A stretch of 64,000 nucleotides of DNA, from positions 38,593-102,592 of the forward strand of contig JBNGDK010000001.1 in assembly GCA_049975405.1 (NCBI GenBank). Reading direction: 5' to 3'. The stretch is from Candidatus Methanospirareceae archaeon. GTDB lineage: Archaea > Halobacteriota > Syntropharchaeia > Alkanophagales > Methanospirareceae. Below are positions 53,916 to 63,625 of this stretch, in pieces (the stretch's first letter is position 1; each line of letters starts with the position of its first letter). A program made the translations under genes and the position numbers. Under the pieces are notes generated by a model. It did no database searches and was not told where the DNA came from. It worked only from the letters and a program-made list of their open reading frames with translations.

Positions 53916-55004
53916 TCAATTTATCTTATATAAGGTCGTCCGTCGCTTTGGTATGCGGCCTGCCTCGCTGATCAGCCGCTCGAACTCATCAGGACTCATA
54001 TACTCGCCCGAGGGCGAGCCGGACAATCGCGAAATGTTCTCCTCCATCAACGTCCCGCCCAGGTCGTTCGCGCCAAAAGCCAGCATCCGCTGTGCATCCC
54101 GCGGGCCGAGCTTCACCCAGGATACCTGAAGATTCCTGCAGTACGGATGCAGAATGACCCGGGCGAGCGCATGAACCACGGCGTCCTCGAAGAACGAGAG
54201 CGCCCGCTTCACCATCCGTCCCAATTCGTTGTTCTTATCCATGAACTTCAGGGGCACGAATTCAGTAAATCCCCCCGTCTCCTTCTGAATCGCGCGAATC
54301 GTGAAGAGATGATCAATTCGATCCTCCAACGTCTCGATATGCCCATACAGCATTGTCGCCGTTGACGGGATTCCCAGGCGGTGCGCGGTCGTTATGATCT
54401 CGCACCATTTCGCGGTGCTCAGCTTCGTCGGGCAGATGATCGCACGCACGGAATCCTTGAGGATCTCCGCAGCCGTTCCGGGCATAGAGCCAAGTCCCGC
54501 GCGTTTGAACGCTCTGAGAACCTCATCCTCACTCATCTCCGACTGCTGTGCTATGTGATAGACTTCCATGGGCGAATACGCGTGCAAATGCACTGCAAAC
54601 TGCGATTTCACGCCCTCGAGAATCGCACAGTAGTCCTCCACCGTGAGCTCGGGATGAAGACCACCTTGAATACAGATCTCTGTAGCGCCCTTCTCCACCG
54701 CTTCTGCGACCTTAGCCAAGATCTCGTCCAGACTCAGCAGATAGCCCGACTCGTTCACCTCGCGGAATGCGCAGAATTTGCAGGTGCCCACACAGATATT
54801 CGTGAAATTGATGTTCCGATTCACAAGATACGTGACCACATCGCCGTTTTGCTCCCCTCGTAGCGTATCAGCTATGTTAAACAGGTAGGAAGGGTGCGCA
54901 GCCAGAAAAAGCGCATCACTTCGCTCAATCGTACCCGCCCGTATCTTCTCCTCCAGCTCGTCCCAGGCCGCGTCCATGAATATCTTAGTTAGAAGATAAC
55001 GCAC
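53916..55004 (-). CDS. Radical-SAM enzyme of the CofH/CofG/MqnC/MqnE family (likely FO synthase subunit)
   Basis: CVGTCKFCAF CxxxCxxC motif. 362 aa. cofC lies 4 kb away. Confidence 0.6.
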   Translation of the reverse strand: MRYLLTKIFMDAAWDELEEKIRAGTIERSDALFLAAHPSYLFNIADTLRGEQNGDVVTYLVNRNINFTNICVGTCKFCAFREVNESGYLLSLDEILAKVAEAVEKGATEICIQGGLHPELTVEDYCAILEGVKSQFAVHLHAYSPMEVYHIAQQSEMSEDEVLRAFKRAGLGSMPGTAAEILKDSVRAIICPTKLSTAKWCEIITTAHRLGIPSTATMLYGHIETLEDRIDHLFTIRAIQKETGGFTEFVPLKFMDKNNELGRMVKRALSFFEDAVVHALARVILHPYCRNLQVSWVKLGPRDAQRMLAFGANDLGGTLMEENISRLSGSPSGEYMSPDEFERLISEAGRIPKRRTTLYKIN

Positions 55005-56024
55005 TCAACCACTCTCTTCGCTCACGATTCCGGTTATTATCTCTCGCGTGAAATCAAAAAGAGTGACCGTATCATTCCCATCGGTGAGCTTCAAGTGTCT
55101 GCTCGCATCCACTTCGCCGATGATCGAGGCCGCTATACCTGCAGCTTCGAAGATCCGGATGCATTCTCGGCCACGCTCTTCGTCTTTAACCGTGAGCACG
55201 AAACCCGTTCCAGGGTACAGCTTTAACCAGTGGGCAAGCGGTATCCTGTTCGAGTCCACACGAGGAATCTTCGTCAGATCCACCAGTGCCCCTACCCGGG
55301 AACTCTCCAGTAACATCCCCAGCGTGCCGATTGTGCCGGGATTACTGATGTCCTTGCCTGCAGTTGCTAACTGCTGCTGCCCGATGGTCACCATCGTCTC
55401 CAATTGCTGCTTTATCACTGCGGATGATTTCATGGTCGTGGTGTCCCAGGCGAGGTTATAGCTCGGATAAATCTGTCCTTCAAGATCGATCGCAGCCACG
55501 ATCTTGTCACCGGGCCGCGCGCCGGTGGAATAAATAACGCTATCCCGATTCACCGTGCCCACAATTCCCACGTCGATCGCGTCGTAGATCGTGTCTGGGT
55601 GCATGTGCCCGCCGACCATGGGAACACCAAACTTCTGCACGCCATCTTGCATGCCCCGTCCCAGCTCGAGACAGATATCCCGCCGCTGCGTCGAAGTCAA
55701 ATTCACCATCGCCAGAGGGACGCCCCCCATCGCTGCGATGTCCATTACATTCACGAGCACCGCGCAATATCCCGCCCACCACGGGTCTGCACTTAATAAT
55801 TTACCCCAAATGCCATCGACCGCAAGTAAAATGTACATGTCATCGTTGACCGCGAGCACAGCGGCATCTTCGCCAAAGGCCGTTATCGTTCGGCTTCCCA
55901 CCTTGTCCGAGTTCCCCAGCCTTCGCACCAGATTGCTGATCGCCCGTTTCCGCGTGATCCCCTCGAAGTTCCGTAACTCTTCAGCCAGCGATTTCAGGTT
56001 AATCTCCTCTTTCGCACCCGCCAT
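55005..56024 (-). CDS. AIR-synthase-related (PurM-like) protein, methanogen-marker-2-like
   Basis: 339 aa with PurM-like N-terminal (GEDAAVL) and C-terminal domains. Confidence 0.55.
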   Translation of the reverse strand: MAGAKEEINLKSLAEELRNFEGITRKRAISNLVRRLGNSDKVGSRTITAFGEDAAVLAVNDDMYILLAVDGIWGKLLSADPWWAGYCAVLVNVMDIAAMGGVPLAMVNLTSTQRRDICLELGRGMQDGVQKFGVPMVGGHMHPDTIYDAIDVGIVGTVNRDSVIYSTGARPGDKIVAAIDLEGQIYPSYNLAWDTTTMKSSAVIKQQLETMVTIGQQQLATAGKDISNPGTIGTLGMLLESSRVGALVDLTKIPRVDSNRIPLAHWLKLYPGTGFVLTVKDEERGRECIRIFEAAGIAASIIGEVDASRHLKLTDGNDTVTLFDFTREIITGIVSEESG

Positions 56025-56026
56025 TT

Positions 56027-56833
56027 TTATCCACGCAGCTCCTCTACTATTTCTCGTACCTCTCCTATATCTTTTATTCTGAAATCCGCCACGTCAAACA
56101 CTTCCTGTGGTCTGCTCGCAGCTTCCTGTAAGGACAATACCGCTATATCCGCCTCACGCATCGCGAGATAATCGTTCCGGTCATCCCCGACCATCATCAC
56201 CCGGTACTTTTCCTTCAGACTCCGTACCAGATCTCGTTTGTCTTCCGGCTTCATGGTGCCATACATGTGCTCAGGGGGGACATCCGGTAAATAGATCGCC
56301 ATCTCTTGCCGTTCGATTCTATCCCCCGATGCTATATATGTCTGAATCCCTAACTCACGTAATTCCTTAAATAGCTTCAGCGTTCCTGGAAACAGATTGA
56401 TCCCGCCGGCAATGACGTAGCGTATCCGCGCTGGGGCCATCTCCAGGATCAAACCGATACCAAGGACTGGCAAAATATCGCAGCGGCGCAACTTTCTCAC
56501 CACCTCATGCACATCACGCAGCGTGACACTCCTGTCTTGCAATATGATCTCCCGGACGTCCTCATCGCTCACCCCTTCGCGCTTATAAATAACCTTTGTT
56601 TCTATTTCGCGCGCCCTCACCACCTCTGCAAATAGGTTCGTGGGGTCCTCATGCTCCAGCGTCTCTTCATACCTCGTCTCCAGGATAACCATCGCGCCCG
56701 TTGCCAGCCTATCCGTGCAGGTAATACCGGAGATACGACTTCGCTTTGTCAGCCCACGCTGCATATCCTTGATGATCCTGAAGGGCGCATAGATCACGCC
56801 CGCACCGTCAAAGACGACCGCTAAGCTTAACAT
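56027..56833 (-). CDS. HAD-superfamily hydrolase (P-type-ATPase-like HAD domain)
   Basis: C-terminal MVGDDRNDYLAMREADIAV (HAD motif IV). Confidence 0.6.
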   Translation of the reverse strand: MLSLAVVFDGAGVIYAPFRIIKDMQRGLTKRSRISGITCTDRLATGAMVILETRYEETLEHEDPTNLFAEVVRAREIETKVIYKREGVSDEDVREIILQDRSVTLRDVHEVVRKLRRCDILPVLGIGLILEMAPARIRYVIAGGINLFPGTLKLFKELRELGIQTYIASGDRIERQEMAIYLPDVPPEHMYGTMKPEDKRDLVRSLKEKYRVMMVGDDRNDYLAMREADIAVLSLQEAASRPQEVFDVADFRIKDIGEVREIVEELRG

Positions 56834-56970
56834 TCACATCAACGCTCCGCTCACCACTCGCCCGCATTCGTCATGACTACTCCGCATGACGGTCGGTGAG
56901 TGAGTAGATAGTAACAAAAGCTCTGGTACCATATATTTACCACTGGTATGAGCCGCGACGTGATCACGAG

Positions 56971-59100
56971 GTGGGGTCGGATGCGGCGGGTGCGATGATG
57001 CAGGACCTGGTAACGGAGAAGTGGGAGGACTTTTTGAAACGGTATTACTGGCATGAGACCGTTGATCTCTCCAATTCATACCCGGAGCGGCGCAGCTTAC
57101 TCGTGAAGTTCGCGGACCTGGACATTTACGATCCAGCAATGGCCGAAATGCTCCTCGAGGATCCGGATGTTATCATCGAATCGGCGACCCGCGCGTTACG
57201 GGAGATGGATATCCCGACCGGTGTAACGCTGGACGAAGCGAATTTGCGGATCGTCAAGCTGCCGATGAAGGTCGCGATCAGGGACATCCGCAGTAATGAC
57301 ATCGGTAAACTGGTGAGTATCGAAGGGCTGGTGAGCAAGGCGACAGAGGTGAGACCGCGGATCGTGGAAGCAGCGTTTGAGTGCCCCTTCTGCCACCATA
57401 TCTTTTCTGTGCTACAGGCCGGGACACAGTTCAAGGAGCCCTACGAGTGCCCGCAAGAGGACGGCGGGTGCGGTCGCAGGGGGCAGCGGTTCATTTTACG
57501 CGCGGACAAGTCGAGATTTGTCAATGCGCAGAAGGTTCGGCTACAAGAGTCACCGGAAGAGCTTCGGGGCGGTGAATTACCACAGGCTCTAGATGTCAAT
57601 CTGGAGGACGACATCGCGGGTGAGGTCGCTCCCGGTGATCGGGTCATTGTCACGGGCATTTTGCGATCCTATCAGCGGGTAACACAGTACGGCAAGAAGC
57701 TCTTCTTTGATATTTACCTCGACGGCACGGCGTTGGAGCTCAAAGAAGAGGAATTTGAGGAGATTGTGATCACCGAAGAGGATGAGCACCGGATCATGGA
57801 GCTGAAAGATCTGCCTGATGTCTATGAGCGGCTCATCCGCAGCATCGCACCCTCGATCTACAGCTACGAGGAGATAAAAGAGGCGATGGTGCTGCAGTTA
57901 TTCTCCGGGATCAGCAAGCAACTCCCGGATGAGACACGGGTACGGGGCGACATCCATGTGCTGCTCGTCGGCGATCCAGGCGTGGCGAAGAGCCAGTTGC
58001 TCACGTATTTAGTGAATTTAGCTCCGCGCGGACTGTACACCGGCGGCAAGAGCAGCTCCTCTGCAGGACTCACGGCTGCAGCCGTGCGCGACGAATTTGG
58101 CGAGGGGCGGTGGACGCTCGAAGCCGGAGCGCTTGTGCTCGCAGACAAAGGGATTGCGGCGGTTGATGAGATCGATAAGATGAAGAAGGAAGATCGAGAC
58201 GCTCTTCACGAAGCGATGGAGCAGCAAACGGTATCAATCGCGAAAGCGGGCATTATGGCACGATTGAACTCACGATGCGCGCTCCTGGCCGCGGCAAATC
58301 CGATCGGCGGGCGGTTCAATACCTACGAGCCGATCTCCAAACAGATTAACATGCCGCCGACACTCCTCTCACGATTCGACCTTATTTATACCATGATCGA
58401 TCGGCCGAACGAGGAGCGGGATACCAGAACTGCGGAGCACATCATCGAGACGCACTATGCGGGAGAGCTACTCGCGCGCTACGAGCATCGCGGGAAGTTC
58501 GAAGAGGAGAGCAGGGAGCGGTTTCGGGAGCAGGTAGAGGCGATGAAGCCCGCGATCTCCGAAGACTTGTTGCGGAAATACGTCGCCTGGAGCAAGCGCA
58601 ACATCTTTCCGATCATGAGTGAAGCGGCGAAGCAAAAGTTCATGGAATTCTATATCGGCCTTCGACGCCAAGGTTACGAGGACGCAGACGCGCCCGTGCC
58701 GATCACGGCGCGGCAGTTAGAAGCATTGATACGGCTCGGTGAGGCGCGTGCACGTGCGCGGCTCAGCGATACGGTCACCAGCGAGGATGCCGAGCAGGTC
58801 ATCAAGGTGGTCACCACCTGTTTGAAACAGGTCTTTGTGGATCCCGAAACGGGCAGACTCGATGTCGATTGGGTCGCGGCGGGCACGACGAAGACCCGGC
58901 GGGACCGCGCGCGTTCGATAAAGGAGCTCATCAAGGAATTGGAGAAGGAATACGGCGAGGATGTGCCGATCGACGAAGTCCTCAACCTCGCAGAAGAGGA
59001 GGGGATGGAGCGCGATAAAGTTGAAGAGATACTTGAAGCGATGAAGCGTGACGGGATCCTCTATTCACCGGAGAGCGGCGTGATCAAGTTCGTGCGCTGA
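56971..59100 (+). CDS. mcm: Minichromosome maintenance helicase MCM
   Basis: 709 aa. Zn finger CPFCHH...CPQEDGGCG, Walker A GDPGVAKS, Walker B/arginine finger SRFDL. No intein. Confidence 0.95.
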   Translation: MGSDAAGAMMQDLVTEKWEDFLKRYYWHETVDLSNSYPERRSLLVKFADLDIYDPAMAEMLLEDPDVIIESATRALREMDIPTGVTLDEANLRIVKLPMKVAIRDIRSNDIGKLVSIEGLVSKATEVRPRIVEAAFECPFCHHIFSVLQAGTQFKEPYECPQEDGGCGRRGQRFILRADKSRFVNAQKVRLQESPEELRGGELPQALDVNLEDDIAGEVAPGDRVIVTGILRSYQRVTQYGKKLFFDIYLDGTALELKEEEFEEIVITEEDEHRIMELKDLPDVYERLIRSIAPSIYSYEEIKEAMVLQLFSGISKQLPDETRVRGDIHVLLVGDPGVAKSQLLTYLVNLAPRGLYTGGKSSSSAGLTAAAVRDEFGEGRWTLEAGALVLADKGIAAVDEIDKMKKEDRDALHEAMEQQTVSIAKAGIMARLNSRCALLAAANPIGGRFNTYEPISKQINMPPTLLSRFDLIYTMIDRPNEERDTRTAEHIIETHYAGELLARYEHRGKFEEESRERFREQVEAMKPAISEDLLRKYVAWSKRNIFPIMSEAAKQKFMEFYIGLRRQGYEDADAPVPITARQLEALIRLGEARARARLSDTVTSEDAEQVIKVVTTCLKQVFVDPETGRLDVDWVAAGTTKTRRDRARSIKELIKELEKEYGEDVPIDEVLNLAEEEGMERDKVEEILEAMKRDGILYSPESGVIKFVR

Positions 59101-59203
59101 CCGCGCCAGCTATGTGACGAGGAAGCGGCGCGCGTATGGCGTAAAATAAAATTGAAGAGTTATAAACAAGCAAGTTGGTTTTAAGATACTAAAACGATGG
59201 TAG

Positions 59204-61273
59204 GTGAAGGAGCGAAATAAGATCATGAAATTGGGTGTATTCCTCTGTACCTGTAATAAAACTATGGATATTGATCTGAAGAGCATCAAGAAGAGTCTCA
59301 AAAACGAGGTTGAGGTTGTTGAGACGCTTGATCAGCTCTGCCAGCGTGATCTGGATTATATTATCGATGACCTGCGTCGATTCGAGCTCGACGGCGTGAT
59401 CATCGCGGCATGTACCGAGAAGAACCGCGTTATCAATCGGCTCATGGCTGGTTTTGACGCTGAAACGTATTTCCTGAACCTCCGCGAGCATTGCGGCTGG
59501 GTGCATGATAAAAAGGAAGCAACAGAGAAGGCGAAGAGCATGATCTCCGCGCTCATTCGCTCGATCGAGCTGGCGGACTCGCTCCCACGGCCTGATACGA
59601 TCGATCTGGACACAGGCCGCGAGGTTCTGGTCGTCGGCAAGAACGCCGGCGGTACATTTGAGCTCGCGAAACGGCTATCGAAGATGGCCCACGTCCATCT
59701 GCTGACGGATACCGTGCCTGAATGGTGCGAAGATGTGGAGCTGCACCTCGGCACACTCAAGGACATCCAGGGCGATATCGGCGATTTCGAGGTCGAGATC
59801 GAGCGCAGGATAGACCAGGAGAAATGCATATCCTGTGGTCTTTGCACAGCGGCATGCCCGAAGGATGCGATACATTACGACGCAGTCTACTGGATCGACG
59901 AGCGCTGCGATGACTGCGGTAAGTGCGTGGACTGGTGTCCGACCCGTGCCATTACGCTCCATGATACTGAGCTACTGCATCTCGGCCACATTCTCATCAT
60001 CGATGAGCACTGGCAGGGTCCGAGCTACTTCGGCATTTATACCGCTGATGATTACCAGGATGCGTGCATGCAGGTCTCTGAACTTGTCGCGAATCTAAAC
60101 GAACTGACGAAGCCGCGGTATCTGTCTGTGGATTTGAAGCGGTGTGCCAGTGGGCGGAGTGAAATAGAGGGCTGTGAGCTCTGTTTACGGTGCCCCCACG
60201 AGGCGATCGAGCGGGAGGGAATCGATGTGATCTTCGATGTGGCAAGCTGTCAGGGTTGCGGGCTCTGTGCTTCACTGTGCCCCCTCTCCGTTCCTCAATT
60301 GCGTGACGCTCCCAATCAACTCCTGTATTCCCAGATAGAGAGCTTATTATCCGCCGATGTGCGTCCGAAGGTACTCCTCTTTGCCGGGGACGAACATTTC
60401 GAGCTGCTAAATGAGGTAGGCAGGCGAAAACTCCGCTATCCTCCTGTATTACCGCTCTTCGTGCCCTGCACCGATGTGATCTCAGAGGCGCACCTCCTCA
60501 GCGCGTTCGTGCAGGGTGCCGACGGGATCATCCTCTGGGCCTGCAAGGAGAGCCTGTATGAAGAGCTTGAAGCCGTGACCGCTTTTGCACAGAAAGCGCT
60601 GGACGCCTTCAGAATGGGGAAACGTGTGCTCCTGCTTGATGCTGCGATCCGTACACCGGAGGCGTTTACAAAGACGGTTTCTGCGTTCGTTGAGCAGCTC
60701 AAGCCGTCCTCCATACGGAAGCGCGTGCCGATTGACCTTGCCCAGCCGAAGCGTGAGATTCTGCTCGAGCTGCTGCGAGCGCTTTCGGTGCAGACCGGCG
60801 TGCAGCCGCACCTGGTCGAGAAAGATACTCCGTATCCCTTCGCCGAGGTTGCAATCGAGGCTACTAAGTGCACGCTCTGTAACGCTTGCGTGACCATGTG
60901 TCCCACCCATGCACTGAGCAAGGCGATTAACAAGCTCGAGTTTGATTACGGGCACTGCATCGCCTGCAGCATGTGTGAGCAGGCCTGCCCTGAAGAGGTG
61001 ATCACATTACACCCCGTGCTCAATTTATCACAGCTGATGGAACAGACCCCACAGCAACTGATCGAAGTCGAGTTCGTGCCCTGTGCTGGCTGTGGCGAGC
61101 TATTTATGCCCAAAGCAGCATTCGACCGAATAGCACAGACCATGAAGACCGGTACGGACGAAGGCGAGCTCACCATAGAAGAACGGTTAGAGCTGCTCAA
61201 ATATTGCACGAAGTGCAGACCGGTGAAGGCAGTTGAACGGTCGTTGGAGAAGTTGGAGCGTGAGAAAGAATAG
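59204..61273 (+). CDS. Polyferredoxin with MvhD/FlpD-like domains (HdrA-associated-type Fe-S protein)
   Basis: Five CxxCxxCxxxCP 4Fe-4S motifs. An N-terminal CTCN domain and a central MvhD-like segment (RYPPVLPLFVPCTDVISEAHLLSAFVQGADGIILWAC) are present. The usual CxxC Fe-S ligands are replaced in the central segment. Confidence 0.55.
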   Translation: MKERNKIMKLGVFLCTCNKTMDIDLKSIKKSLKNEVEVVETLDQLCQRDLDYIIDDLRRFELDGVIIAACTEKNRVINRLMAGFDAETYFLNLREHCGWVHDKKEATEKAKSMISALIRSIELADSLPRPDTIDLDTGREVLVVGKNAGGTFELAKRLSKMAHVHLLTDTVPEWCEDVELHLGTLKDIQGDIGDFEVEIERRIDQEKCISCGLCTAACPKDAIHYDAVYWIDERCDDCGKCVDWCPTRAITLHDTELLHLGHILIIDEHWQGPSYFGIYTADDYQDACMQVSELVANLNELTKPRYLSVDLKRCASGRSEIEGCELCLRCPHEAIEREGIDVIFDVASCQGCGLCASLCPLSVPQLRDAPNQLLYSQIESLLSADVRPKVLLFAGDEHFELLNEVGRRKLRYPPVLPLFVPCTDVISEAHLLSAFVQGADGIILWACKESLYEELEAVTAFAQKALDAFRMGKRVLLLDAAIRTPEAFTKTVSAFVEQLKPSSIRKRVPIDLAQPKREILLELLRALSVQTGVQPHLVEKDTPYPFAEVAIEATKCTLCNACVTMCPTHALSKAINKLEFDYGHCIACSMCEQACPEEVITLHPVLNLSQLMEQTPQQLIEVEFVPCAGCGELFMPKAAFDRIAQTMKTGTDEGELTIEERLELLKYCTKCRPVKAVERSLEKLEREKE

Positions 61274-61274
61274 A

Positions 61275-61940
61275 ATGAACGAGATAACTGAGGTATTGGA
61301 GACGCGAACGAACTTTTACGGGTTTTTGAGTCGCATGTATATCGAAGAGCCGACTCGCGAGTTCGCTGACGATGTGGTGAACGCGCGTTTTGATTTCGGG
61401 CAGTTAACTGCGTTGGACCTCAACGCAGAGCTTACGGAAGGATTTCAGCTATTAAAAGCCTTTGTGGAGCGAAATAAAGGGCGGGACACTGCGGCACTCC
61501 ACGAAGATCTCCGGGATGAATACACGCTCCTCTTTATCGGCCCGCATCGGCTGCCCATCGAGCCCTACGAGGCCTGGTGGTTGAGCGGGAAACGGCTGGG
61601 AATGCCCCTGGTGAGCGTGAAGGAGGCGTACCAAAAAGCGGGTGTCACGAAATCAAAGGAGTATCCCGAGCCTGAGGATTACATCGGCTTTGAGCTCAAA
61701 TATATGCAGTACCTCTCTGCGGAGACCTTGAAGGCAGAGACACGTGAGGACATGAAAGAGTACCTGAAGCTGCAGCGGGGGTTTATGGATGAGCACCTTC
61801 TAAAGTGGGTACCCGCATTCTGCGACGCAGTGTATGAGTACAAACTCTCAGCATTCTTTAAGGGCATCGCAAAGCTCACCAAGGGCTTTATTATGCTCGA
61901 TGACGCGGTACTCGATGACCTGTTAGATAGCGTACGCTGA
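61275..61940 (+). CDS. TorD/DmsD-family redox-enzyme maturation chaperone-like protein
   Basis: NFYGFLSRMYIEEP and EDYIGFELKYMQYL match TorD-family motifs. Start set at MNEITEV right after the upstream stop. Confidence 0.6.
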   Translation: MNEITEVLETRTNFYGFLSRMYIEEPTREFADDVVNARFDFGQLTALDLNAELTEGFQLLKAFVERNKGRDTAALHEDLRDEYTLLFIGPHRLPIEPYEAWWLSGKRLGMPLVSVKEAYQKAGVTKSKEYPEPEDYIGFELKYMQYLSAETLKAETREDMKEYLKLQRGFMDEHLLKWVPAFCDAVYEYKLSAFFKGIAKLTKGFIMLDDAVLDDLLDSVR

Positions 61941-61973
61941 GTTCTCATCATTTTCTGCTTCCCGAGCCGCGCA

Positions 61974-62951
61974 CTATCGTCTGCTTCGTTTCCCGAGCCA
62001 TCGCAGGCCAATCAGAAGAGAGAAGCACATAATGACTGCGCCTGCCTCGAATCCAGGGATCCCTTTTGAATCCGGTGCCGGTGTCGGGCTGGGGATGAGC
62101 TCGCCTTCTTCCCGGTACGCGCTCTCCACGGCCGACAAGAGCTCTTCCCGGTGCACCGTATCCACCTTCCGGAAGCTGATGTACCCCTGCGGAGTGATGA
62201 CTACCACGGTTGGCGTGGCGAGAACATACCCCTGATATTTATGGGCCAGGTCCTCCGTGTCACGCGCAAACAGCCAATCAGCGTTGTAGGCCTCCTTGAA
62301 GCTTCTCAGATTCTCATCGGTTTCCAGCGGGTCAATGGACACGCTTATCACCTGCACCTCGGGATATGCTTCGCGCAGATACGCGAGTTCAGCCATCTCT
62401 TCCTGACACAGACTGCAGGAGGTCATAATGAGCGTGAGCACCACGACCTTACCGCGGAAATCACTGAGGCTGAATGTCCTGCTCTCGACGCTCGTCAGCG
62501 TAAACGGCGGTGCCATGATCGCGCCTTCCAGTACCGTAGGCGACGGTGAGCTGAGCGTGGTGGGATATTTCTCCTTCCATGCATTTATCCCGCCGGTGAT
62601 GCTGTACACATCCTTAAAGCCGTTCTGAACAAGGATATCTGCGGCGATTTGGCTGCTGCCACCTACCTGACAGTACACGATAATCTCCTTCGAGGGATCT
62701 AATTCATCAAGACGGCTCTCTAACTCCTTGACCGGGATGTTGATCGCGCCCGGTATATGCTCGGAATCGTAGGTTGCTGCAACGCGGACATCAAGCAGCG
62801 TTATCTCCTCGGGCCGCTCCTGCAGCCGTTGATACGCCTCATCCACCGAGATCTCCCCACGCTCTGCAGCTGCTAACCCAGCAGCGAGTACTGCGAACAG
62901 GAGCAGCGCAACCAGTACAGTTCCTGAAACGAGCTTCCTCGTATTGTGCAT
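61974..62951 (-). CDS. Secreted rhodanese-domain + TlpA/redoxin-like (CxxC) fusion protein with PGF-CTERM anchor
   Basis: Signal peptide. Rhodanese active-site loop CQVGGSS. Redoxin motif TSCSLC. C-terminus ...DSKGIPGFEAGAVIMCFSLLIGLRWLGKRSRR. Confidence 0.7.
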   Translation of the reverse strand: MHNTRKLVSGTVLVALLLFAVLAAGLAAAERGEISVDEAYQRLQERPEEITLLDVRVAATYDSEHIPGAINIPVKELESRLDELDPSKEIIVYCQVGGSSQIAADILVQNGFKDVYSITGGINAWKEKYPTTLSSPSPTVLEGAIMAPPFTLTSVESRTFSLSDFRGKVVVLTLIMTSCSLCQEEMAELAYLREAYPEVQVISVSIDPLETDENLRSFKEAYNADWLFARDTEDLAHKYQGYVLATPTVVVITPQGYISFRKVDTVHREELLSAVESAYREEGELIPSPTPAPDSKGIPGFEAGAVIMCFSLLIGLRWLGKRSRR

Positions 62952-63085
62952 TCTTTATGAATCACCTCACTACCTCATTGGAGATTGGTAGATATAAAGA
63001 GGAAAGGGAAGGGTTCCTATCTTATCCTGCTGAAGGAGTCTTCTCCATCATCTGGAACACAGTCAGGCCCTCATCACCGCAGAGC

Positions 63086-63478
63086 TTAAACCTGCGCTAG
63101 CAGCTCGCGAGCTTCTCTGACTTCAGCTCTAAACGCTTTGACCCCCGCTTCCTTCTCGCCCACCTCTTTCTCGAGCAGCTCGATGTAGTGCAAAAGCCTG
63201 GCTTTATCCGCTTCGTTCGCTCTGCTGAGCTCATCAATGATGAACTGCGGTTTATCAGTGAACGCATCGATCGTCTTATCGACCGGGAAGAAGTAGCGTT
63301 TCACGATATCCGCTTCAAAATCCTTGATCTCCACGGTCAAATCATCCAGTACTTCGGGTTTATTAAACAGACGCTGCGCTGAGCTAAATACGGCTCGTAG
63401 ACACTCAAGAATACTTGATTCACGTTCGAGCAGCTTGGTCAATTCCCGCTTGCTTATCTTCCCTGTGTGCGTACTCAT
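63086..63478 (-). CDS. Hypothetical coiled-coil protein
   Basis: 130 aa, charged/helical, no motif. Confidence 0.3.
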   Translation of the reverse strand: MSTHTGKISKRELTKLLERESSILECLRAVFSSAQRLFNKPEVLDDLTVEIKDFEADIVKRYFFPVDKTIDAFTDKPQFIIDELSRANEADKARLLHYIELLEKEVGEKEAGVKAFRAEVREARELLAQV

Positions 63479-63625
63479 GTTTTTAAAAGGGCATGTTGCG
63501 GTTATAAAAATCTACTCCTGGACAGGAGCGTGCGTTCCGGAAAGACTTTTTGCGCTGCCATACGCTGCCTATACCCTTATATAACGGGAAGACGAATAGA
63601 ATTGCAGTTGGAGGGTAAAGATCTA

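Noticed and set aside
61251-61278. One-base discrepancy between my hand-indexed reading of the junction of the polyferredoxin stop and the TorD-like start and the ORF-track coordinates
   Set aside because: I could not resolve it by eye. I followed the computed ORF-track frame: stop at 61271-61273, TorD-like ATG at 61275.
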